Shown: positions 24,740 through 32,000 of the stretch, piece after piece
Position numbering within the stretch: the stretch's first letter is position 1
How the letters are laid out: every line of letters begins with the position of its first letter
Source: Candidatus Arthromitus sp. SFB-mouse-Japan
GTDB lineage: Bacteria > Bacillota > Clostridia > Clostridiales > Clostridiaceae
Assembly (NCBI RefSeq): GCF_000270205.1
Contig: NC_015913.1
Coordinates: forward strand, 1,170,001 to 1,202,000
Direction of reading: 5' to 3'
DNA: 32,000 nucleotides
Program-made: the position numbers and the translations under genes
The notes under the pieces: model-generated
The model's input: the letters and a program-made list of their open reading frames with translations, nothing else
What the model was told of the DNA's origin: nothing
Databases searched by the model: none

Positions 24740-26819
24740 CTATCTCTACCATCCTACTATTTATTATTTGTACATCGGGTACAATCTCATTTAAGGAAAT
24801 AATAAACAAATCCCCAAACACCAGTTCCGTAAATCTCTTAAATGCTGGTCTAATTCGTGGTGAAACAAGAATAACAGGCTGACTATAATTAAATTGAACT
24901 CTCTTAATTGCATGACTTATTGCCTCAAATACCTTCCTTGATAAATTTGGTTCTAAAGCAATAAAGCTTCCTTGTGTTGACTTTTGTATACTTTTTGTTA
25001 AAAGTTCTTCAAGTTTTGGACTCAAAGTAACAACAACAATTTTTTTATCTTCATCAACAAACATGTTAGAAATAACTCTACTGAGAGCAAATCTCACATG
25101 TTCTGTTAAAACTTCAATATCTTTTATAGTTCTTGAATTATCAGCCAAGCTCTCAAAAATTGTTACAAGATCCTTAATAGGAATTCTCTCTTTAAGAAGA
25201 TTTTGTAAAACTTTTTGGATATCTCCAATATTCATAAGATCAGGCACAAGTTCTTCCACAACAGTTGGATACTTTTCTTTTATTGTATCTACAATCTCTT
25301 TTGTTTCTTGTCGTCCAATCAATTCAAATGCCTTAACCTTTATCATCTCAGTTATATGTGTAACAATTATTGTTGTTGGATCAACAACCGTAAATCCTAA
25401 AAGCTCAGCCTCTTCTCTTTGAGATTTTTCTATCCACTTAGCATCAAGACCAAAGGTTGGATCTTTTGTCATAAATCCTTGTATACCATCAAGCTCTTCA
25501 TTAGATGTCGAAATAGCCATTAACATATTGGGAATAACTTCTACTTTAACCACTATTGTTCCCCAAATTTTTAACACATATTCATTACTCTTAAGTTGCA
25601 AATTATCTCTGATCCTTATCGGTTTTAAAATGAGTCCAAGTTCTAATGCAATTTGTCTTCGTATTGATGCAATTCTACTTAAAAGATCTCCTCCACTTTT
25701 CTCATCAGCTAAAGGAATAAGTCCATATCCAATTTCGAGTTCAATCGGCTCAATTAATATAAGTTTGTTTACATTTTCAGGCTCAGTCTTAACTTCTTCT
25801 CTAGAATCATGATCTTGTTGTAAATTTTCTTCTGTTGAAACTTCCTTAACCTTATCTTGATTTTTCAAAATCAAAAATCCTCCCACACCTGTAGTAACTG
25901 CTAAAAGTAAAAATGGAACTGTTGGAAGTCCTGGGATTATTGCAAGAAATCCAAGTATTCCTGCAGATGTCAAAAGTACAATTGGAAACGATGAAAATTG
26001 CTCTGAAATTGCACGACTTAAATTTCTTCCATCTCCTGATCTAGTTACAATTACACCAGAAGCAGTTGATATTAAAAGAGCAGGTATTTGTGAAACCAAT
26101 CCATCCCCAACGGTTAACCTAACATATGTAGATGCTGCCTCTCCTACTTCCATTCCCATCATCATCGTACCTATAATTATCCCTGCAACAATATTAATCA
26201 TAGTAACAATTATCCCTGCTATGGCATCACCTTTAACAAACTTTGATGCACCATCCATTGATCCATAAAAATCTGCCTCAAGTTGGAGATTCCTTCTTCT
26301 CTTTTTTGCTTCTTCCTCAGATATAATTCCGGAATTTAAATCAGCATCAATACTCATTTGCTTACCTGGCATAGCATCAAGTGTAAATCTCGCTGAAACT
26401 TCTGATACACGTCCAGAACCATTTGTTATGACAAGAAACTGAATTATAACAATGATTAAAAAGATAATTACTCCTACTATATAATTTCCTCCTATAACAA
26501 ACTCTCCAAAAGCTTTTATAATACTTCCACCATCAGCTTTGGAAAGAATAAGTCTTGTTGAAGATACATTTAATGCAAGCCTAAAAAGAGTTGTAATAAG
26601 TAGAATACTCGGAAATATTGAAAACTGTAAAACCTCTGTAGAAAATATAGTAATCAGAAGTATCATTACTGAAATCGTTATATTAACAGCAATGAGTATA
26701 TCCAAAATAAAAGGTGGCATTGGAATAATAATCATAAGTACAATACAAATTATCCCAGCTGCCACTCCAATATCTATTAAATCTTTTTTACTTAATCCTA
26801 GGGCTTTTGTGTTTTCCAA
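24729..26819 (-). CDS. flhA: Flagellar type III export apparatus protein FlhA
   Basis: 696 aa. Conserved segments are FPSILLITTLFRLALNVSSTRLIL, DAMPGKQMSIDADL and GASKFVKGDAIAGI, followed by a large cytoplasmic C-domain. The TTG start has a GAGGGGTG RBS 7 nt upstream. Confidence 0.96.
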   Translation of the reverse strand: MENTKALGLSKKDLIDIGVAAGIICIVLMIIIPMPPFILDILIAVNITISVMILLITIFSTEVLQFSIFPSILLITTLFRLALNVSSTRLILSKADGGSIIKAFGEFVIGGNYIVGVIIFLIIVIIQFLVITNGSGRVSEVSARFTLDAMPGKQMSIDADLNSGIISEEEAKKRRRNLQLEADFYGSMDGASKFVKGDAIAGIIVTMINIVAGIIIGTMMMGMEVGEAASTYVRLTVGDGLVSQIPALLISTASGVIVTRSGDGRNLSRAISEQFSSFPIVLLTSAGILGFLAIIPGLPTVPFLLLAVTTGVGGFLILKNQDKVKEVSTEENLQQDHDSREEVKTEPENVNKLILIEPIELEIGYGLIPLADEKSGGDLLSRIASIRRQIALELGLILKPIRIRDNLQLKSNEYVLKIWGTIVVKVEVIPNMLMAISTSNEELDGIQGFMTKDPTFGLDAKWIEKSQREEAELLGFTVVDPTTIIVTHITEMIKVKAFELIGRQETKEIVDTIKEKYPTVVEELVPDLMNIGDIQKVLQNLLKERIPIKDLVTIFESLADNSRTIKDIEVLTEHVRFALSRVISNMFVDEDKKIVVVTLSPKLEELLTKSIQKSTQGSFIALEPNLSRKVFEAISHAIKRVQFNYSQPVILVSPRIRPAFKRFTELVFGDLFIISLNEIVPDVQIINSRMVEIDDN

Positions 26820-26840
26820 CCAAACAACACCCCTCTCTCA

Positions 26841-28685
26841 CTAATACTTTTTACTTTTGTTATTAAGTTTAAATATGTACGTTAAAATATCAGCCACTGC
26901 CTTATATATATCTTGTGGTATCTCTTGCTCTAATTCCACATTATTATAAATAAATCTAGCAAGTTGTTTATCTTCAACAATAGGCACATTATTTTCTTGA
27001 GCAATTTCTTTTATCCTATATGCAACATGATTTATACCCTTTGCCATTAGTTTAGGAGCCATATCCTCCCCCTGCTTATATCGAAGTGCAACTGCTATAT
27101 GTGTTGGATTCGTTATAATAACAGATGAGTCTTTAACGTTAGACATCATGTTCTGCATAATTATCTGTTTACCTTTTTGCCTAATTTGAGATTTAACTTG
27201 TTGATCTCCTTCCATTTGTTTGAATTCTTCTTTAACCTCTTGCTTCGTCATTCTAAGTTTTTTCTTGTGGCGAAACTTCTCAATCGTAAAATCAACAACT
27301 CCTATTACTCCAACTACAACAAAAATTTTAATAAAAATGGATATAAAAAGTGGTACAATAAATGAAAAAGATTGACTCACTTTAAAATTACCTATCCTTA
27401 AAAAAGTTTCCACATTATCAATGATAAATTGATACGATAAATAACAAAGAACCACAACAATAATAAGATCCCTAAACAAATCAAATAATGATTTAATGCT
27501 AAAAATACTTTTGATTGTATTCAATGGATTTAAATCTTTAAAATTCGGTTTTAAAAGTTTTGAAGTAACTAAAAAACCCGTTTGAATTATATTTGATACA
27601 ATAGAAAGTCCTATAAAAATAACTCCAGGTATAAGTATCATAATTAAAATCTTTGGTAATACAAGTTTAAAAATATAAACGACATCATATCCACCATAAT
27701 TGTAAGCAATCCCATCACCAAGAAAATATGCCATTATTTTTTTGAGTTCCCTTAAAATAAATTTCCCAAGTATAATCACTCCAACAACTCCAAGAATAGA
27801 AATCGCTGAAACTAGAAATGTAGATTTAGCAACATTCCCTTCCTCTTTTGCCTTCTTTTTCTTATGGGGTGTTGCCTCCTCTGTCTTATCATCAGAAAAT
27901 ACAAAAAGCACTGGTGAAAAAGAAAATACTTTGAAAATTAAATTATTAAAATCTACATAGATGTCTGTAAACCTTGTAAATATAATTTTTATCGATATAA
28001 TTAAAAGAGATATAGTTACAGCTATCTTAAATGGAAAACTCACAAGTATCATATTTATCTTCGGGATTATTTTTGATATTATTCCTAAGATAATATCAAC
28101 AAATATCAAAATTATAACGATAGGAATTATTATCATAAATGATGTTTTAAGGATCGTAAGCATTGAAAAAATAAAACTATTTAAAAAGTCCGAAGAAATA
28201 TTCAGGTTACCAATCCCTATCTTTTCATAGCTAAATATAAATGCCCGTATAAAATAATGGTGACCATTTAAAATTATAAATACGCTAAGTGAAATCCAAT
28301 AAAAAATCTTCTCTATTACACTCGAATTATTATTAGTCATAGGGTCAAATACCTGTGCAGATGAAAATCCACCCTGAGAATCTAAAATAGATCCAATTCC
28401 ACTAAAAAGTTGAAAAAGTAAATTAACAAAAATCCCAATCAACAACCCTATTAATGTTTCCGATAGAATTAAAAATATGTACTGTTCATCTCCACGAAGA
28501 TTAATCTCAATATTCTGATAAATGATTGGAAACAGCATAAATGCAAATATAACTGAAAATATAATCTTAAAAACATTGCTAATACCTCTTGGAAAAAATA
28601 CTTGAGATACAACAATAAATGAACTGACCCTTATAATTATCAAGAAGAGAATCTTATAATCGATTTCAAAATTCAATGTAATCAC
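26841..28685 (-). CDS. FliR-FlhB fusion protein (flagellar type III export gate component plus substrate-specificity switch)
   Basis: Residues 1-~262 form a polytopic FliR-like membrane domain. From ~265 the FlhB N-terminus appears (DDKTEEATPHKKKKAKEEGNVAKS), followed by 4 TM helices and the NPTH autocleavage motif (VIITNPTHIAVAL). It is a single uninterrupted 614-codon ORF. Confidence 0.93.
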   Translation of the reverse strand: MITLNFEIDYKILFLIIIRVSSFIVVSQVFFPRGISNVFKIIFSVIFAFMLFPIIYQNIEINLRGDEQYIFLILSETLIGLLIGIFVNLLFQLFSGIGSILDSQGGFSSAQVFDPMTNNNSSVIEKIFYWISLSVFIILNGHHYFIRAFIFSYEKIGIGNLNISSDFLNSFIFSMLTILKTSFMIIIPIVIILIFVDIILGIISKIIPKINMILVSFPFKIAVTISLLIISIKIIFTRFTDIYVDFNNLIFKVFSFSPVLFVFSDDKTEEATPHKKKKAKEEGNVAKSTFLVSAISILGVVGVIILGKFILRELKKIMAYFLGDGIAYNYGGYDVVYIFKLVLPKILIMILIPGVIFIGLSIVSNIIQTGFLVTSKLLKPNFKDLNPLNTIKSIFSIKSLFDLFRDLIIVVVLCYLSYQFIIDNVETFLRIGNFKVSQSFSFIVPLFISIFIKIFVVVGVIGVVDFTIEKFRHKKKLRMTKQEVKEEFKQMEGDQQVKSQIRQKGKQIIMQNMMSNVKDSSVIITNPTHIAVALRYKQGEDMAPKLMAKGINHVAYRIKEIAQENNVPIVEDKQLARFIYNNVELEQEIPQDIYKAVADILTYIFKLNNKSKKY

Positions 28686-28958
28686 CTAACCAGTTGTAAT
28701 TTTTTGAACTATATTAAACATTTCATTTGTAAACTTAACCATCTGCTTAATAACAAAAGGTGCCATCATAAGTCCCATCAATGATAATATTAAAACCTTA
28801 GGAACAAAAGTTAAGCTCTGATCATTTAAATGCGTAATAGCTTGAACTATACTTATAACTATTCCAATAATCATTGTAATCAATAAGAATGGAATTGATA
28901 TTTTAAATCCAGTAAACAAAGCCTTTCTTATTATCGCAATCGCTAAATTTTGACTCAT
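28686..28958 (-). CDS. fliQ: Flagellar export apparatus protein FliQ
   Basis: ~90 aa with two TM helices. The ATG at 28958 has GGAGGTG RBS 5 nt upstream and overlaps the fliP stop by 1 nt. Confidence 0.92.
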   Translation of the reverse strand: MSQNLAIAIIRKALFTGFKISIPFLLITMIIGIVISIVQAITHLNDQSLTFVPKVLILSLMGLMMAPFVIKQMVKFTNEMFNIVQKITTG

Positions 28959-29695
28959 CAAACACCTCCAAAACTTATAAATAATGATTTAATTACAAGT
29001 CTCCAACCATCCACGAGTACAATAAGAAGTATCTTAAACGGGAGCGATATTATAGCAGGTGAAACCATCATCATTCCCATGGCCATTAATATACTCGCAA
29101 CAACCATATCAATTATCAAAAATGGAATAAATATTAAAAATCCAATCTGAAATGATGTCTTAAGTTCACTAAGTGCAAAAGATGACATAAGAGTTGTAAT
29201 TGGAATATTCTCTGATGTTACTTCCCCTTCATATTTTGAGAGCTCTAGAAATAATTCCAAATCATCTTGCCTCGTCTGCTTAAACATAAATTCTTTGAGA
29301 GGTAGAAGTCCCCTATCATAAGCTTCCTTCCCACTGATATCTTTATTCATATATGGAATAATCGCATCATTGTTAATCCTTTCACCAATCGGCATCATTA
29401 TAAAAAAAGTCAGTATTATTGAAAGTCCAACCAAAACTATACTAGGTATTGCATTTTGGAGCCCTGAGGCATTTTTTAAAAAAGCAAATGTAATAACTAT
29501 TCTTGTAAAACTCGTCGTCATTATTATTAACATAGGTAAAAAAGTAAGAAGCGTAAAAAATATAAACAGCTCAATGTTCTTACTAATAAATCCTTCATTA
29601 CTATCTGAAAAAATGCCTAATGCACTCACCCTACACTCAATAAGTAAAACCGCTAAAGTAACTAACATACATAACCTACAGAAAGCCTTCTTCAT
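28958..29695 (-). CDS. fliP: Flagellar export apparatus protein FliP
   Basis: Signal-like N-terminus followed by conserved FliP segments: LLTFLPMLIIMTTSFTRIVITFAFLKNA, PFLIIDMVVASILMAMGMMMVSP. Preferred start is the ATG at 29695; the track start at 29701 is TTG. Confidence 0.94.
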   Translation of the reverse strand: MKKAFCRLCMLVTLAVLLIECRVSALGIFSDSNEGFISKNIELFIFFTLLTFLPMLIIMTTSFTRIVITFAFLKNASGLQNAIPSIVLVGLSIILTFFIMMPIGERINNDAIIPYMNKDISGKEAYDRGLLPLKEFMFKQTRQDDLELFLELSKYEGEVTSENIPITTLMSSFALSELKTSFQIGFLIFIPFLIIDMVVASILMAMGMMMVSPAIISLPFKILLIVLVDGWRLVIKSLFISFGGV

Positions 29696-29701
29696 AAACA
29701 A

Positions 29702-30001
29702 TTACCTTCCCTCTGAAAATGTACTCTTCCTATTATTCATACACTCCAAAACCTTGCTCTCATCTAAATGCTCAATAACATTAATTCCTCTCTGAGTTGA
29801 GGAACATAAATAATACTTGTCAATAACCCTTATAATCAAAATGTAATTGTCCTTTGAAATAGCCACTCTCGAAATTACCTTTATAAATAAATTCTGACTT
29901 TGAATACCTTTAAAATTTAATTTCACATAAATTAACATAAGGATTACTAAAATTAAAATTAATGAAAACACATTCATAACATTACTCATCTTAATCTTCA
30001 A
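29702..30001 (-). CDS. fliO: FliO/FliZ-like small flagellar export protein
   Basis: Single N-terminal TM helix (VFSLILILVILMLIYV) followed by the pattern IKVISRVAISKDNYILIIRV...YLCSST. It sits immediately upstream of fliP. The start is uncertain (TTG at 30001 or ATG at 29989). Confidence 0.6.
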   Translation of the reverse strand: MKIKMSNVMNVFSLILILVILMLIYVKLNFKGIQSQNLFIKVISRVAISKDNYILIIRVIDKYYLCSSTQRGINVIEHLDESKVLECMNNRKSTFSEGR

Positions 30002-30447
30002 TTCACTAATAAATTTGTAAAGTAAATAGACAAAACCATTTCGCTTTCAAGAATCGAATTAATTGTATTTTTAATCTCAAGCTTAACCGATTCAATTCCC
30101 TCACTACTTTCAAGTTCATTAACTGATTTATCTTTAAATATCGTTATAATCGCATCCTTTATTTTATAAATATTTAAATTGATACTCTCAAGTGCTTTTT
30201 TATTCTTTGAATCATAGGTCATTGCCAGTGAAACCTTTACGTATTTTTTATTAGAAGGATCTTTTATATTAACTACAATATCATCTAATTGAATCACTTC
30301 TTCAACTATCTTCTTTGGTTGATCACTATTATTCATCTTCGAAATTATAAAAAATCCTCCAACTGCACCCAAAATAATCACCAAAAGTAAAATCACTACA
30401 ACTATAATAATCCCCTTACCTGACTTCTTTTTTTCATCACTTGCCAT
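29998..30447 (-). CDS. fliL: Flagellar basal-body-associated protein FliL
   Basis: 149 aa. Lys-rich N-terminus, one TM helix (IIIVVVILLLVIILGAVGGFFII), then FliL-like segments ...IVVNI...KYVKVSLAM... Confidence 0.8.
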   Translation of the reverse strand: MASDEKKKSGKGIIIVVVILLLVIILGAVGGFFIISKMNNSDQPKKIVEEVIQLDDIVVNIKDPSNKKYVKVSLAMTYDSKNKKALESINLNIYKIKDAIITIFKDKSVNELESSEGIESVKLEIKNTINSILESEMVLSIYFTNLLVN

Positions 30448-30451
30448 AAAA

Positions 30452-31162
30452 TCACCCTTCTACTTTATTCAAAATCAAAATATTAACCCTTCTATTTTTC
30501 GCCTTATTCTCAGCATTATCATTCAATGCAATCGGTCTAAACTCACCATAACCTTGAGCAGATATACGCGTAGGATTAACCTCTGCAGATTCAACTAAAA
30601 ACCTAGTAACAACAACTGCTCTTGCGGTTGATAATTCCCAATTACTTGCAAACATATATGTGTTGATTGGAACATTGTCTGTATGTCCCTCAATAATTAT
30701 CTGGTTATCAATTTCATTCAAAACTCCAGCAATATCTTTAAGAATATGTTTACTTTCTCCTTTCAAATCAGCTCTTCCTGATTGAAAAAGTAATGAATCA
30801 ACAACCACAACAGAAACTCCTCTTTCAACTATTTCAACTGAAATAAAATCCTTAAGTCCTTTCTCAATAATCAACTCATTTAATATGTTTACTAAAGAAT
30901 CCTGATGTTCCTCAATTTCCTCTTCCATACTTCCGTTATTTAAAGTTTCATCACCAACTCCTTCATCAACAATAGGATTGTTGCCTCCACCATTAAATAT
31001 ATTATTAAACGCCATACTAAGCTGAGCTTCCTTCTTTGCATCTATAGTTGACATTGAAAATAGTAGTATAAAAAACACCATAAGCAGAGTCATCGCATCA
31101 GAAAATGTAACCATCCACTCAGGAGCTCCACCGCCTTGTTCCTCATCTTTTTTCTTTCCCAT
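30452..31162 (-). CDS. motB: Flagellar stator protein MotB (OmpA-like peptidoglycan-binding C-domain)
   Basis: N-terminus GAPEWMVTFSDAMTLLMVFFILLF with the conserved Asp. C-terminus EGHTDNVPI...SNWELSTARA...NRRVNILI. Confidence 0.9.
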   Translation of the reverse strand: MGKKKDEEQGGGAPEWMVTFSDAMTLLMVFFILLFSMSTIDAKKEAQLSMAFNNIFNGGGNNPIVDEGVGDETLNNGSMEEEIEEHQDSLVNILNELIIEKGLKDFISVEIVERGVSVVVVDSLLFQSGRADLKGESKHILKDIAGVLNEIDNQIIIEGHTDNVPINTYMFASNWELSTARAVVVTRFLVESAEVNPTRISAQGYGEFRPIALNDNAENKAKNRRVNILILNKVEG

Positions 31163-31187
31163 AAACTTCTCACTCCAAACAAATTAA

Positions 31188-31988
31188 TTATTTATTAGCC
31201 TTTATACTCTCCTCAAGTTTAACCTTTTCACTTTCTTCTAAATATGTACTTAAAATTTCTTGTATCATCTTTGGAGTATATCCAGACCTTATACACCTTA
31301 TTGCCTTATACTCAAGCATAATAAAATCCATAACTTTACCAGAATTAAGTGATATTTTATCTGCAAGAGGTAACATGATTAAATTTGCCGCAATAGCCCC
31401 ATAAAGTGTAGTTATAAGTGCAGTAGCCATACCTGAAACAAGCTTATTAATATCTTCCATATTACCGAGGAGCTGAATAAGTCCAATAAGAGTTCCTATC
31501 ATTCCAAAAGCTGGTGCATATGCTCCCCACTGTTTAAAAAACTTGACTCCTCGCTTCATTCTTTCCTCGTAATTTTCCATTTCACTCTCTAAAATATTAA
31601 CTATAGCATCTTCCTCAACGCCATCAACAATTAACTTAATACCTTGCTTTAAAAAAGCATCATCCATATTCTCAATCTCAGCTTCTAAAGATAACATTCC
31701 CTCTTTTCTAGCTTTCTTAGAAAGATTTATTATTTGTGTAATAAAGGCAATCTTATCTCTATTAGTATCCCTAAGTACAACATTCATGTAAGACCCAACA
31801 GACTTTATTTCATTCATTGAAAAACTAACTAATAAGGCAGCAAACGAACCAACTATAACAATTACAAACGACTTAATGTCTACAAATGCCATGAGCGAGG
31901 TTCCTGGTCCTAACATCCCATAGAGTAGCATGACAATACCAACTACAATCCCAATAATGCTTAAATTATCTTTTTTCACTGTGTTCAC
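31188..31988 (-). CDS. motA: Flagellar stator protein MotA
   Basis: 266 aa, 4 TM helices. The conserved C-terminal half is APAFGMIGTLIGLI...TALITTLYGAIAANLIMLPLADK. The start is uncertain: the GTG at 31988 abuts the GAGGAA RBS, whereas the GTG at 31979 has better spacing. Confidence 0.9.
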   Translation of the reverse strand: MNTVKKDNLSIIGIVVGIVMLLYGMLGPGTSLMAFVDIKSFVIVIVGSFAALLVSFSMNEIKSVGSYMNVVLRDTNRDKIAFITQIINLSKKARKEGMLSLEAEIENMDDAFLKQGIKLIVDGVEEDAIVNILESEMENYEERMKRGVKFFKQWGAYAPAFGMIGTLIGLIQLLGNMEDINKLVSGMATALITTLYGAIAANLIMLPLADKISLNSGKVMDFIMLEYKAIRCIRSGYTPKMIQEILSTYLEESEKVKLEESIKANK

Positions 31989-32000
31989 TTCCTCAAAAAT

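Noticed and set aside
1-32000. CRISPR arrays, tandem DNA repeats, IS elements, prophage or rRNA
   Set aside because: Reading through the intergenic regions showed only short hairpins, all listed above. No spaced direct-repeat array was seen, nor any transposase, integrase or phage structural gene motifs. This was an inspection by eye only, so short or diverged repeats could have been missed.

Overview
Very AT-rich (about a quarter G+C by eye, not computed), Clostridia-like chromosomal segment. All convincing genes but one lie on the minus strand. No transposase, integrase, CRISPR array or rRNA was seen, and no canonical, clearly novel multi-gene system is evident.

Gene content in coordinate order:
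- 1-153: a partial CDS whose N-terminus resembles BREX BrxC/PglY. Its body lies outside the window.
- 225-1577: pgi.
- 1931-5713: a five-gene envelope operon. Two paralogous proteins with a signal peptide and a glycine-zipper TM segment head it, followed by an ABC ATPase, an ABC-2 permease and a LiaF-like membrane protein.
- 5875-7008: two orphan genes with no recognisable family, including the only plus-strand gene.
- 7091-9212: DJ-1/PfpI, dut, and an internally duplicated 300-aa protein.
- 9304-14382: a 960-aa secreted protein with five ~97-aa repeats, an Amidase_2 muramidase-type amidase, and a MATE efflux pump.
- 14488-19111: a complete BceRS-BceAB-type antimicrobial-peptide resistance module. 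Its permease carries an in-frame TGA, and a 7-4-7 inverted repeat sits upstream of the ATPase gene.
- 19218-19294: tRNA-Arg(UCG).
- 19762-31988: a flagellar/motility block in transcription order motA-motB-fliL-fliO-fliP-fliQ-fliR/flhB fusion-flhA-flhF-flhG-like-fliA-small TM protein-flgF-flgG.

Most interesting observations:
- The gene at the flhG position keeps MinD/FlhG-like segments but has no P-loop.
- The paralog-headed ABC/LiaF-like operon has no recognisable family for its two lead proteins.
- The bceB-like permease is interrupted by an in-frame stop.
- The BrxC-like gene start at the left edge points to a possible defence locus just outside the window.

All functional calls rest on motif recognition by eye. 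No searches were run.
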